Source of the DNA: Geopsychrobacteraceae bacterium | GTDB lineage: Bacteria; Desulfobacterota; Desulfuromonadia; Desulfuromonadales; Geopsychrobacteraceae | Assembly (NCBI GenBank): GCA_963676795.2 | Contig: CAXXTB010000001.1 | Coordinates: 448,001 to 512,000 of the forward strand | Length of the DNA stretch: 64,000 nucleotides | Direction of reading: 5' to 3' | Shown: positions 18,660-32,850 of the stretch, piece after piece | Position numbering within the stretch: the stretch's first letter is position 1 | Layout: every line of letters begins with the position of its first letter | Notes under the pieces: generated by a model | Database searches by the model: none | What the model was told of the DNA's origin: nothing | What the model saw: the letters and a program-made list of their open reading frames with translations, nothing else | Translations under genes and position numbers: made by a program

Positions 18660-20207
18660 ATGTTCTCGAGATTTATCCTTTTAGTCTTTGTGCTGCTGGC
18701 CTTGTTGTCTGGCTGTGCCGTCAACCCGGTGACCGGGGAAAAACAGCTGATTCTGATCAGCGAGCAGCAGGAGCTCGCCATTGGCGAGAACCAGTATGCT
18801 CCGGCCCGCCAGACGCAGGGGGGGGACTATGTGGCCGACCCCGCGCTGGGTCGTTATGTCAACCAGGTCGGACAGCGCCTGGCCGCGGTCAGTGACCGCA
18901 AGCTCCCCTATGAGTTCATTGTTCTCAACAGTTCGGTCCCCAATGCATGGGCTCTGCCGGGCGGCAAGATCACCATCAACCGCGGTCTGCTGACCGAACT
19001 TAAAACGGAAGCAGAGCTGGCCGCAGTGCTCGGCCACGAGATCGTCCACGCTGCCGCCATGCATGGCGCCCAGGGGCTGACCCGCGGCATGCTGCTGCAG
19101 TCGGCGGTCGTCGGTGTGACCCTGGCGACCAGCGATCAGGATTACGGTCAATGGGCCCAGATGGGTGCCGGGGTCGGTGCGCAGCTGATCACCCAGCGCT
19201 ACGGCCGCGATGCCGAGCGCGAGGCGGATCATTACGGCATGCTCTATATGTCACGCGCCGGATACGACCCGCAGGGTGCGGTCGATCTGCAACGGACCTT
19301 CCTGGCCCTGCAGGACGGGCAGCGCCAGGATTTCATCAGTGGCCTGTTCGCCAGCCACCCGCCGTCACAGGAACGCCTGGAGAATAATATCGCCATGCTG
19401 GCAGAGCTGCCCAAAGGGGGGGAGGTCGGTCGTCAGACCTATCAGGCCAGGATCGCTCAGCTGATGAAAACCAAACCGGCCTACGAGGCTTTTGACAAAG
19501 GGCGTCAGGCGCTGACCGATAAGGCCTATGCCAAGGCGAAGTCTCTGGCCCAGCAGGCGATCCGCCTCGAACCGAAGGAAGCCATTTTCTACGGGCTGAT
19601 CGGTGACGCCGAGCAGAAGAACAAGAGGCTGAGTGCGGCTGTCAGCCAATACAATAAGGCGATCGATCTCAACCCCGGCTATTTCTATCACTACCTGCAG
19701 CGCGGCAAGACCTATGAGCAACTGAACCGACCCAAAGAGGCCGAGCTCGATCTCAAGTACAGTACCGAGCTGCTGCCGACCGCTGATGCCTATTATCTAC
19801 TCGGCAATATCTCGCAGAGCAGCGGCCGATTGAGCGAGGCCAAGGGCTACTACGCAAAGATTGCCAGCACCAGCAACGAGATCGGCAAGCAGGCCTATGG
19901 CGCCCTGGTTGACCTGGATCTGGACAGCAACCCTGGTGAATACCTGAGTGTCCGCAGCGGGCAGGACAAGGACGGGCGCATCCTCGCCGAAGTCAGCAAT
20001 CCCACGCCAAGAGTTGTCGGCAATATCCAGCTTGTTGTGACCTACCGTGACGGCCAGGGCAAAAACAGAACTATGTCGCTCCGCCTGCCGGGACAGGTGG
20101 CGGCCGAGTCGAAAAGGGTCTTCGATCTTGGTATCGCCGATAAGCTGGCCAGTGAAAAGGCCCAGAGCTTCGGCGTTAAAATCTCTGCCGCCGGATTGAT
20201 GAAATAG
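18660..20207 (+). CDS. M48 metalloprotease lipoprotein with TPRs (BepA/YfgC-like)
   Basis: Lipobox LSGC-AVNPVTG, NAWALPGG, HEIVH, EREAD, SHP, TPR region. Confidence 0.88.
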   Translation: MFSRFILLVFVLLALLSGCAVNPVTGEKQLILISEQQELAIGENQYAPARQTQGGDYVADPALGRYVNQVGQRLAAVSDRKLPYEFIVLNSSVPNAWALPGGKITINRGLLTELKTEAELAAVLGHEIVHAAAMHGAQGLTRGMLLQSAVVGVTLATSDQDYGQWAQMGAGVGAQLITQRYGRDAEREADHYGMLYMSRAGYDPQGAVDLQRTFLALQDGQRQDFISGLFASHPPSQERLENNIAMLAELPKGGEVGRQTYQARIAQLMKTKPAYEAFDKGRQALTDKAYAKAKSLAQQAIRLEPKEAIFYGLIGDAEQKNKRLSAAVSQYNKAIDLNPGYFYHYLQRGKTYEQLNRPKEAELDLKYSTELLPTADAYYLLGNISQSSGRLSEAKGYYAKIASTSNEIGKQAYGALVDLDLDSNPGEYLSVRSGQDKDGRILAEVSNPTPRVVGNIQLVVTYRDGQGKNRTMSLRLPGQVAAESKRVFDLGIADKLASEKAQSFGVKISAAGLMK

Positions 20208-20225
20208 AGCCGTTACGGAACAGGA

Positions 20226-21380
20226 ATGAGGGTGCTCGAAGAGTATAACGGGTTTGAGGTCGGCCGGATCAGGCCACCAAGTGAGGCGAACAGCCTGCTG
20301 CTGCGGGTGACCCGCAGCTGTCCATGGAATCGCTGTAAGTTCTGTGGCATCTATCGCGGTCAGCAGTTCAGCGTCAGGCCGGTAGAACATCTGTTGCGTG
20401 ATATCGACAGGGTAAGGCACTACATCGATCAGATCACCCTGATTGTTCAGCAGCAGGGGGACGCCTATCCGCAACTGATCGCCCTGGAACGCAGCCTCGA
20501 CCCGGGAGACCTGCAGGCCTTTCATTCGGCTATCCGCTGGCTGCAGGGGGGAATGACGTCGGTTTTTCTGCAGGATGCCAACAGTCTGGTGATCAAGGCT
20601 GCCGATATGATCCGTATCCTCGAATATCTGCGTCAGGTGTTTCCCCAGATCGAGCGGATCACCAGTTATGCCCGCTCCCATTCCATCGCCCGAATCGCCG
20701 ATGAAGAGCTGGCCCGCATGGCCTGCGCTGGACTTAATCGTATCCATATCGGTCTTGAATCGGCCGCCGATGCGGTTCTTTCCATGGTCTGCAAGGGGGT
20801 CGACAAGCAGACTCACATCCTTGCCGGCCAGAAGGTCAAAAGGGCCGGGATCGAGCTGTCGGAATATTTCATGCCCGGCCTGGGGGGTGAAAAATATTCA
20901 CGCGAAAATGCTCTTGAGACGGCTGATGCGCTGAACCAGATCAACCCGGACTTTATCCGCATCCGGACCCTGGGCGTCCCCGAGCATGTCGATCTTTACC
21001 AGGATGTCTTAAGCGGTGACTTCAGACCGCTGGGCGATATTGCCAAGGCACAGGAACTGCTGCTGATGCTGGAACATCTGGAGGGGATTACAAGTACGAT
21101 AAAAAGTGACCATATCGTCAACCTGCTTGCCGAAGTTGAAGGACAGTTGCCTCGTGACATAGACAGAATGACGGAACCGATCCGGCGCTTTCTGAGCTTG
21201 GAGAAGGATCGGCAGCTGCTCTATATGGTCGGGCGGCGCTGCGGGTACCTGGAACGACTTTCTGATCTCGAGGATCGTTCTCTCTGTTACCGGGCCGAAC
21301 AGGCGCTGCGCAGTGAAGGGGTTAGTTGGGAGAATGTCGATGAGTGGGCCGGTCGTATGCTCTGCCGCTATCTGAGCTGA
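20226..21380 (+). CDS. Radical SAM protein
   Basis: IRPPSEA, CPWNRCKFC, FLQDANSL, SDHIVN. Confidence 0.88.
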   Translation: MRVLEEYNGFEVGRIRPPSEANSLLLRVTRSCPWNRCKFCGIYRGQQFSVRPVEHLLRDIDRVRHYIDQITLIVQQQGDAYPQLIALERSLDPGDLQAFHSAIRWLQGGMTSVFLQDANSLVIKAADMIRILEYLRQVFPQIERITSYARSHSIARIADEELARMACAGLNRIHIGLESAADAVLSMVCKGVDKQTHILAGQKVKRAGIELSEYFMPGLGGEKYSRENALETADALNQINPDFIRIRTLGVPEHVDLYQDVLSGDFRPLGDIAKAQELLLMLEHLEGITSTIKSDHIVNLLAEVEGQLPRDIDRMTEPIRRFLSLEKDRQLLYMVGRRCGYLERLSDLEDRSLCYRAEQALRSEGVSWENVDEWAGRMLCRYLS

Positions 21381-21417
21381 AAACTGTGCCGTTGCGCAGT
21401 CTCCATATGCAGTCTTG

Positions 21418-21486
21418 AGAAAAAAAACAAAAGAATGAAAAAAAAGAAAAAAAGGTGTTGACGGTTGAGCGGCGATTGTTTATAAA
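21418..21486 (+). promoter_or_regulatory. rrn promoter P1 with A-tract UP element
   Basis: TTGACG(21458)-17 nt-TATAAA(21481); GC-rich discriminator. Confidence 0.8.
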
Positions 21487-21533
21487 CCGCATCCGCTGCA
21501 GGGAACAACGCAAAACGGTTCGCTCGCGGCGCT

Positions 21534-21582
21534 GAAAAAAAGAAAAAAACTTATTGACAGGCACGGCGGTTTTGGTTAGTCT
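21534..21582 (+). promoter_or_regulatory. rrn promoter P2
   Basis: A-tract, then TTGACA(21554)-17 nt-TAGTCT(21577). Confidence 0.75.
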
Positions 21583-21621
21583 CCGCGGCTGTCGCTTCGC
21601 TGAAGGCGGGGCAAAAAAGCT

Positions 21622-21635
21622 GGTCTTTGAAAACT
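21622..21635 (+). promoter_or_regulatory. boxA-like antitermination site
   Basis: ggtctttgaaaact; related tctttgaca copies in the ITS near 23368 and 23590. Confidence 0.65.
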
Positions 21636-21715
21636 AAATAGCAGACGTTTTAAAGAGCTTGTAAGGGTTCAAGTCAAATTGAACAAAACTAGGATTTAAA
21701 AAACTTCAGATATTC

Positions 21716-23248
<1,533 letters not shown>

Positions 23249-23406
23249 AAGGAGCTCATCCACTCGAAAGAGTGAGATAGACGCTTACTTAAAAGCAAAC
23301 TTACAAGTTCTAACTCTGCTATTTAGTTTTGAGAGACTAGGCCTCTTTATCAAGAAGAGGTTTTGTGTTCTTTGACATCGAATTTGCACAGATACTGTGT
23401 GGAAGT

Positions 23407-23483
23407 GGGCTAGTAGCTCAGCTGGCTAGAGCACACGACTGATAATCGTGAGGTCGGAGGTTCAAGTCCTCCCTGGCCCACCA
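23407..23483 (+). tRNA. tRNA-Ile(GAT)
   Basis: Cloverleaf, anticodon GAT, CCA end. Confidence 0.97.
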
Positions 23484-23492
23484 GATTATTAT

Positions 23493-23568
23493 GGGGGTGT
23501 AGCTCAGTTGGGAGAGCGCCTGCCTTGCAAGCAGGAGGTCATCGGTTCGATCCCGTTCACCTCCACCA
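23493..23568 (+). tRNA. tRNA-Ala(TGC)
   Basis: Cloverleaf, anticodon TGC, CCA end. Confidence 0.97.
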
Positions 23569-23718
23569 TATCTGTAGAGAATTATTCGATCTTTGACAAT
23601 TGCATACGACATACTAGATTTAGAAAATCATAGATATAAGTTGTGATGACTTATGTTTATGTCAAGCAAAGCGATAACAAGTAAAGGCTAAGCATAAACT
23701 TAGTAAAAGACTATTTAT

Positions 23719-26668
<2,950 letters not shown>

Positions 26669-26787
26669 AAAAAGTTTTTTAATAGGGAAGGGGGAGCAAA
26701 AGCTCCCCCGCTCCCCCTTGAAAGTTATCGACAAAAAGACAATATCTAGTATATAAGTCGTACGCGATTGAAAACCGATTTAAGGTT

Positions 26788-26903
26788 TTCGGTGGCTATA
26801 GCGTAGGGGTCACACCTGTTCTCATCCCGAACACAGAAGTTAAGTCCTACCGCGCCGATGATACTGCATGGGAGACTATGTGGGAAAGTAGGTCGCCGCC
26901 GAA
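26788..26903 (+). rRNA. rrf: 5S rRNA
   Basis: ttcggtggc...gccgccgaa terminal stem; cccgaacacagaagttaag. Confidence 0.97.
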
Positions 26904-26910
26904 ATTATTT

Positions 26911-26950
26911 GAAAGCCCCCTGATTCATTCGAGTCAGGGGGCTTTTTTTC
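26911..26950 (+). terminator. rrn terminator
   Basis: aaagccccctgattc-attc-gagtcagggggcttttttt. Confidence 0.9.
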
Positions 26951-27157
26951 GTTTCTACTCACCATTCTAAATTTCCATCCATGCTCCGGATCTTTAATCC
27001 TGGGTCTTCTTTGTTACCAGTTGACAATTTCGTCTCCTGAAATCATAGCTGTAACTTTGTACGATCTTCATTAGCAGTAAGAGGTTTTGCTGGCGAGGGA
27101 ACCCAAACCACAGATTCGCGCTATACTTGATACCAGGTCAGCAGGGAGGCAGAAACT

Positions 27158-27991
27158 ATGATCATTCTGGCTCATGACGGTTCTCTCTATGGCGACTGGA
27201 TCGCCTGTTACGCGCTAAATTTTGCTGCGGTGGAAGATGACCGGAAACTGATGGCCCTCCACGTTCTGGACGGGACCGTCAGTCAGGAGGTTGTTGAGGC
27301 CAAGTTTATCCGGCTCGCGGAGCTGTGTCAGACACGGGAACTCGACTTTTCCAGCCATTTACTCCCTTCCGAGAGGGATGCTTATCGCAGTCTGCGTCAT
27401 GGCATTCCCCACAATGACGATAATCTGCTCGTTTGCGGCACACGCAGCAAGGCAAAAAAGCGTTCGTTACTTCAGGGGACGATTGCCGAACGGTTGTTAC
27501 GCACCCATCAGTGCCCGGTGCTGGCGCTGCGGGTTGTCCAGCCAGGGCTGCTCGGCTCCCCGGAAGACCTGCTGCTCCCCCTGGCCGGTCATGCCACCGG
27601 CATCTTCAGGATCGAGCCGATTGTCAAACGCCTGATCCCACGTCTGCACCGTCTGCATCTGTTTCGCGCTCTGCAGGTGCACCATCTCCGCCATCGCTAT
27701 CTAAGCCCGTCTCGTGAGCGTCGCCTGTTGCTTGCCGGACAGAAGTATCTGGAACAGATCGGCGCGCAGTTGATCGAAAGTTATCCGGATCAATTCAGTC
27801 TGGATCGCCAGGTGATGATTGCCGACGACTGGTCGAATGCTGTGCTGACCCAGGCGAGTCGCCTGAAAACCCAGCTTATTCTGCTCGGTGTCAGTGAACG
27901 CAGTTTGGCGCACAAACTCTTTTACGGCGCAGGTATCGAAAAAGTCCTGCGCGAAACACCCTGCGATATCGGGATCTATCGCGCGCCATGA
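27158..27991 (+). CDS. Tandem universal stress protein
   Basis: IILAHDGS, GTIAERLLRTHQCPVL, second domain ending EKVLRETPCDIGI. Confidence 0.85.
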   Translation: MIILAHDGSLYGDWIACYALNFAAVEDDRKLMALHVLDGTVSQEVVEAKFIRLAELCQTRELDFSSHLLPSERDAYRSLRHGIPHNDDNLLVCGTRSKAKKRSLLQGTIAERLLRTHQCPVLALRVVQPGLLGSPEDLLLPLAGHATGIFRIEPIVKRLIPRLHRLHLFRALQVHHLRHRYLSPSRERRLLLAGQKYLEQIGAQLIESYPDQFSLDRQVMIADDWSNAVLTQASRLKTQLILLGVSERSLAHKLFYGAGIEKVLRETPCDIGIYRAP

Positions 27992-30663
27992 ATACTCAGG
28001 AGCAAATACAGCATCTGTCCCCGCAGCGGGTCTTGGTTGCCCTGCACAGCAGCGCTCAGGGCTTAACTGATGCGCAAGCTGCGGATCGGCTCAAGGAGCT
28101 TGGTGCAAACAGCGTCGAGGTTCGCGATCCCTGGCGTTTGGCGCGCAGCTTGGTCCGTCAGCTGACCAACTTTTTTACACTGCTGTTGTTTGTTTCCGCA
28201 GCGATCTGTTTTGTCGCTGAACGGCTGCAGCCCGGCGAGAACATGGCCATTCTCGGCTGGGCCCTGGCCGGGGTGGCCCTACTCAACGCGTTGTTCAGTT
28301 TTATCCAGGAGTACCGGGCCGAAAAGGCGATGGAGGCTTTGCGCAATTTTCTGCCGCCGATGGTCCAGGTCCTGCGTGGTGGCCAGGCCCGCGAACTGCT
28401 GGCAGAAGAACTGGTTCCCGGCGATCTGCTGCTCCTGCAGGAGGGGGATCGTATTCCGGCCGATGCGCGTCTTATCGAGGCGGAGAGTTTGCTGGTCAAC
28501 AACGCTCCCTTGACTGGAGAATCCCAGCCTGTTGCCATCAGTGCCGATGCCTGCCAGTGTCGGCTGGTTGAAAGCAGTAATGTTGTCTTTGCCGGTTGTC
28601 TGGTTCTGCGCGGGACCGGAAAAGCGGTGGTTTTCGCCACCGGCCTGCGTACTGAGTTCGGCAAGTTGGCCCATCTTTCACAGGCGATCCGCCGGGCTCC
28701 TTCGCCTTTGGAACGGCAGACCGCCTATATGGTTCGTCTGTTGACCATCATCGCCGTCAGCCTCGGTTTTGCATTCTTCCTTTACGGTTTTTTCAGCGGC
28801 CGTTCACTGTGGGTCAACCTGGTCTTTATGATGGGGATCATCGTGGCCAACGTACCGGAAGGGCTGTTGCCGACCTTTACTCTGGCGTTGGCCATGGGCA
28901 GTCTGCGCATGGCGCGCAAGAATGTCCTGGTCACCAGCCTCAACGCGGTTGAAGGGCTCGGTGCCGTTCAGGTGATCTGTACCGACAAAACGGGAACCCT
29001 GACCCTGAACCAGCTGGCGGTAAGCAGGCTGACGACGCCACTTAGTTCTGCCGACAGTACGTCCACTGAATTTCGCAGCAGGCTTCTTCAGGTTGCGTTG
29101 CTCAGCTCCGATCTGCAGCCTACGGATGCTGGCTTCAGCGGCGATCCCCTTGATGTTGCCATCGCTGAGAGTTGGCAAGAGCAAGCCTCAAGTCGTCAGT
29201 CCGACTTCAGTTCCCCTCAGCATTTTTTCCCCTTTGACAGTAATCTAAAGAGGGCCGCCGGCATCGGTACCATCGATAACGAACGGTTGTTTGTTGTAAA
29301 AGGCGCCTGGGAAGTGCTCAGGCCCCTGGTCAGTGAGATTTTTTATTCGGAAACGAAGCGTTGTCCGGCTTCTGGCAGCGAGCTGGAACGGGTGGATGCC
29401 ACGCTCAGTGAGTTAGCCGGCAGTGGACTGAGGGTTGTAGCGGTGGCGTCGCGGCGTATCGATCAGACGGAGCCTGGCGATCAAATGCAGCAGCAGCTGG
29501 AGAAGAATCTTACGCTTGAAGGCTTTATTGCTATTGCCGATCCGATCCGCAGCGAAGTCCCCCCAGCCATCGAGAGCTGCCATAGTGCCGGTATCGAAGT
29601 GATCCTGATTACCGGCGATCATCCCGATACTGCCATCTGTGTCGCCAGGGAATGTGGAATCCTGGGTGAAACCGGCGAGTCCGATCTGGTCATGACCGGT
29701 GATGTGCTGGACAGGGCGAGCGAGTCTGAGGTGGAGCAGGCCTTGGAGCGGGGCGTACGCATCTTTGCAAGGACCAGCCCGGATCAAAAGATGAAGATTG
29801 TCATGGGGCTGAAAAATCTCGGTCGGGTCGTCGCCATGACCGGGGACGGAGTGAATGATGCTCCGGCGCTCAAAGCTGCCGATGTCGGTATCGCCATGGG
29901 AAAGGGGGGAACCGATGTCGCCAGAGCGGCGGCGCAGATCATACTGATCGATGACAATTTTGCCTCGATCGTGGCCGGGATCGAAGAGGGGCGGACGGTG
30001 TTTCTGAATATCCGCAAGTTCACCAATTATGTGCTGGTCAGCAACGGGCCGGAGATCCTGCCTTATCTGCTCTATATCCTGTTACCGGTCCCCCTGGCCT
30101 TGACGGTGATTCAGATTCTTTCCATCGACCTGGGCACGGACATCATACCCTCCATGGCCCTCGGCCAGGAGCCGCCCGATCCGGAAGCGATGCAACGACC
30201 ACCGCGCAGCCGGGAATTTCATCTGCTCAGCCGGGGGCTGGTTCTGCACAGCTACCTGTTTCTCGGCCTACTCGAAGCGCTCTGGTCGCTCGGGCTGTTT
30301 TTCTACGTGCTGATCGACGGTGGCTGGCAGTACGGCGCAGCGCTGTCAGCCAATGATCCGCTCTACCGCTCGGCAACCGGGATCGCCCTGGCGACAATTC
30401 TGCTGATGCAGATCGGCAACCTGATCGGCCGCCGCTTCCGGACCCGTTCGGGGCTCGATCGGGGACTGTTGGCCAATCGCCTGTTGCTGCTCGGTATTCT
30501 GATTCAGATCGCCTTCTCCTGGGGGTTGCTCTATTTTCCGCCGCTTCAGAAGATCCTCGGCACCGCGCCTGTGGCCTGGCCGGTTTATCTGCTCGCCTGG
30601 CTGGGGATCCCACTGATTTTCGGCGCCGATTATCTGCGGAAACAGTTCTGGCTTCCGGATTGA
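27988..30663 (+). CDS. Cation-transporting P-type ATPase (type IIC-like)
   Basis: TGES, VANVPEGL, DKTGT, KGA, TGDGVND, IDLGTD. Confidence 0.92.
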   Translation: MNTQEQIQHLSPQRVLVALHSSAQGLTDAQAADRLKELGANSVEVRDPWRLARSLVRQLTNFFTLLLFVSAAICFVAERLQPGENMAILGWALAGVALLNALFSFIQEYRAEKAMEALRNFLPPMVQVLRGGQARELLAEELVPGDLLLLQEGDRIPADARLIEAESLLVNNAPLTGESQPVAISADACQCRLVESSNVVFAGCLVLRGTGKAVVFATGLRTEFGKLAHLSQAIRRAPSPLERQTAYMVRLLTIIAVSLGFAFFLYGFFSGRSLWVNLVFMMGIIVANVPEGLLPTFTLALAMGSLRMARKNVLVTSLNAVEGLGAVQVICTDKTGTLTLNQLAVSRLTTPLSSADSTSTEFRSRLLQVALLSSDLQPTDAGFSGDPLDVAIAESWQEQASSRQSDFSSPQHFFPFDSNLKRAAGIGTIDNERLFVVKGAWEVLRPLVSEIFYSETKRCPASGSELERVDATLSELAGSGLRVVAVASRRIDQTEPGDQMQQQLEKNLTLEGFIAIADPIRSEVPPAIESCHSAGIEVILITGDHPDTAICVARECGILGETGESDLVMTGDVLDRASESEVEQALERGVRIFARTSPDQKMKIVMGLKNLGRVVAMTGDGVNDAPALKAADVGIAMGKGGTDVARAAAQIILIDDNFASIVAGIEEGRTVFLNIRKFTNYVLVSNGPEILPYLLYILLPVPLALTVIQILSIDLGTDIIPSMALGQEPPDPEAMQRPPRSREFHLLSRGLVLHSYLFLGLLEALWSLGLFFYVLIDGGWQYGAALSANDPLYRSATGIALATILLMQIGNLIGRRFRTRSGLDRGLLANRLLLLGILIQIAFSWGLLYFPPLQKILGTAPVAWPVYLLAWLGIPLIFGADYLRKQFWLPD

Positions 30664-30687
30664 TGGTTGTTGATAAGGCTTGTTATC

Positions 30688-31110
30688 AAAACTCCGCATG
30701 CGGAGTTTTTCCGGTTCTGCCCATTAGATGAGCGCAGCTCATCGTGGGGCGCGTGGTCAGTTGCTGATGTGAAGATACGAAGAGAGTAAGGCCAATTTTC
30801 GTCAGCTTTAAAAGGGCGTTTTTGCTTCCTTTTGGAGCCCTGGCCAAAAGGAAGGCGGCGTTCGGGGCCGCGACCCCGAGGTTTAGATTTTAGACTGTTT
30901 GAAAAAACATAAAGTCAAAGTCGCCGGTTCTCGCACCGGCTGGCGACCTACTTTTTCCAGCGTTGAAAAAGTAGGCAAAAAAACTTTTTTAATACTGACG
31001 TAAGCCGTTCATCTCACCCTCAACCGTCCATGCCAGTCAACCGGAAGGCGCCCAACGATGAGCTGCGCTCATCTAACGGGCAGAAGCGAATTATGCTGAC
31101 TTTGTCAGCA
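30688..31110 (+). repeat. Structured intergenic repeat, copy C, with 38-bp terminal inverted repeats (MITE/REPIN-like)
   Basis: 30715-30752 against 31048-31085 has 2 mismatches; same core as A and B. Confidence 0.9.
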
Positions 31111-31115
31111 ACAAC

Positions 31116-31151
31116 AAAAAGTGCCCACCTGATACCAGGTGGGCACTTTTG
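31116..31151. terminator. Bidirectional terminator downstream of the sugar-phosphate cyclase gene
   Basis: aaaagtgcccacctg-atac-caggtgggcactttt. Confidence 0.85.
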
Positions 31152-31175
31152 CTGTTGCTATGTTGCTACTTTATA

Positions 31176-32324
31176 TCAAGCCGCCTTGGTGGCAGCGAAT
31201 TTAGCTTTATAGTCGTGAAGAATCTCACGAACCAGCGCCTCATCGACACAGATCTGCCAGTCGCCATCCGGGTTTAAGCACTTGCCCAGTTTTTCAAGGA
31301 CAACATACTTGACCCCTTTGACTGTCTTCTTGTTGTCGGCCAGGATGGTCGCCATGATCTGATCAACGCTGATATCCTCCGGAATGGCCAGATCCAGCCC
31401 GAGCTTGTCACCGAAATACCTGTAGTGCATCGCCACCTCTTCATCATTGAGATAGCCCAGTCGCCGGGAGATCTCAGCCGCAATACACATCCCCTTGGCT
31501 ACCGCGATGCCGTGAGCGATCTTGCCGCCGGAGAAGAACTCCATGGCATGACCGAAGGTGTGACCATACTCCAGGGTCATACCGAAGGCTTTCTCAGAGG
31601 TATCCTGAGCCAGGATCTCCAACTTCGACTGGATAATGGTGTAAGCCAGCTCGGTCAGCTGCTTCGGATCCAGGTTGTCGACATCGATCTCCAGGAAGCT
31701 GTCGTAGAAGTTCAAAAGCTCAGCATCGTTGATCAGGCAGTTCTTGATCCCTTCCGCAATCGCTGACTTACGACCGACAACACTCTCGGTGGCCAGGTAC
31801 TTGGTATCACCGAAGATGAAGATCGGCGCGTAGTACATGCCGTACTGGTTCTTCCCCTGCTTGCCGTTGACCGCCTGCTTGTTGCTCAGGCAGCTGTCGG
31901 TCACGCCCATGAAGGTGGTCGGCATCTCGATGTAACGGATCCCGCGGTAGACCAGACCCGCAGCCAGGCCGACAATGTTGGTCAGGCAGCCGCCACCGAA
32001 ACCGATGACGATCGAGCCCTTGGTCACGGTCTTGGCAACCAGTTCCTCACACAAGCCTTCCAGCGTGGTAAACGACTTGTCCTTCTCCGAGTCCTTGATG
32101 ACGATCACGTCATGCTTGATGTTGTTCGCAGCAAAGATCGCCGAGATCTCCGGAACGTAAAGATCGTTCAGAACCTGGTTGGTGACGAAGAAGACCTTGT
32201 CGAAGGAGGTCTGGTTGATCAGGGTCGCCAGCTGGTCGATGATATCGTGGCCGAAGTAGTAGGTCGGATCAGGAACCAGGTTGGTTTTGAAATCGATCAT
32301 CTTTTTGGTTTCGAATTGATACAT
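31176..32324 (-). CDS. Sugar-phosphate cyclase, 2-deoxy-scyllo-inosose synthase-like (DHQS superfamily)
   Basis: GGGCLTN, PTTFMGVTDSCLSNKQAVN, EGIKN, EYGHTFGHAME, HG, DNKK. Confidence 0.8.
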   Translation of the reverse strand: MYQFETKKMIDFKTNLVPDPTYYFGHDIIDQLATLINQTSFDKVFFVTNQVLNDLYVPEISAIFAANNIKHDVIVIKDSEKDKSFTTLEGLCEELVAKTVTKGSIVIGFGGGCLTNIVGLAAGLVYRGIRYIEMPTTFMGVTDSCLSNKQAVNGKQGKNQYGMYYAPIFIFGDTKYLATESVVGRKSAIAEGIKNCLINDAELLNFYDSFLEIDVDNLDPKQLTELAYTIIQSKLEILAQDTSEKAFGMTLEYGHTFGHAMEFFSGGKIAHGIAVAKGMCIAAEISRRLGYLNDEEVAMHYRYFGDKLGLDLAIPEDISVDQIMATILADNKKTVKGVKYVVLEKLGKCLNPDGDWQICVDEALVREILHDYKAKFAATKAA

Positions 32325-32437
32325 ATGCGTACCTCCTTGTGCGTGACTGTTAGCGCAACGAGCGTAGAAAGCGAAAGCGGCAGTGCTCAGTTGCGTACTT
32401 TGTGTTTCGGATAAAGCAACACTTGTGCTGTAAGTGA

Positions 32438-32466
32438 AATATAGGCAAGAGCTAATTTTGAGTCAA
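32438..32466 (-). promoter_or_regulatory. sigma70 promoter of the cyclase gene
   Basis: Minus strand TTGACT-17 nt-TATATT; RBS aaggaggt before the ATG. Confidence 0.65.
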
Positions 32467-32850
32467 GGAAAAAAATGACGTTTACTTGATAAAAAAGATG
32501 GTGGTTCAAAAGAGTTGAATATTTTCAGGGGTTATGGATTTTCCGATGAAGCAAAAAAAGATTGCAGAGAGGTAAGTTGCTGAGAATTAACGGGTTTACT
32601 GTTATCTCGCTAACCCATCACCGGACAATGTTGAGTAAGCTTGGTAACAATCTGCGATCAGTGATGATCCTATGAGAAGAACGTCGAAGGGGGGCAGTGC
32701 GGGATACGGAGCCTGTATCTGCCGAGGGATAAAAGTTTCAATTGCTTAACACATCTTTACAGATGATTTCAGTAAAATGGAGTAATCTTTTGAAGTTGTC
32801 AGTGTAGTCACGAACGTGCAGGAATCAGCCGAAGATGACAAGGACGTAAC

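Noticed and set aside
31176..32324. Annotation as ordinary aroB, or as part of an aminoglycoside cluster
   Set aside because: Motifs are DOIS-type, but no pathway genes are adjacent; the divergent macAB link is unsupported
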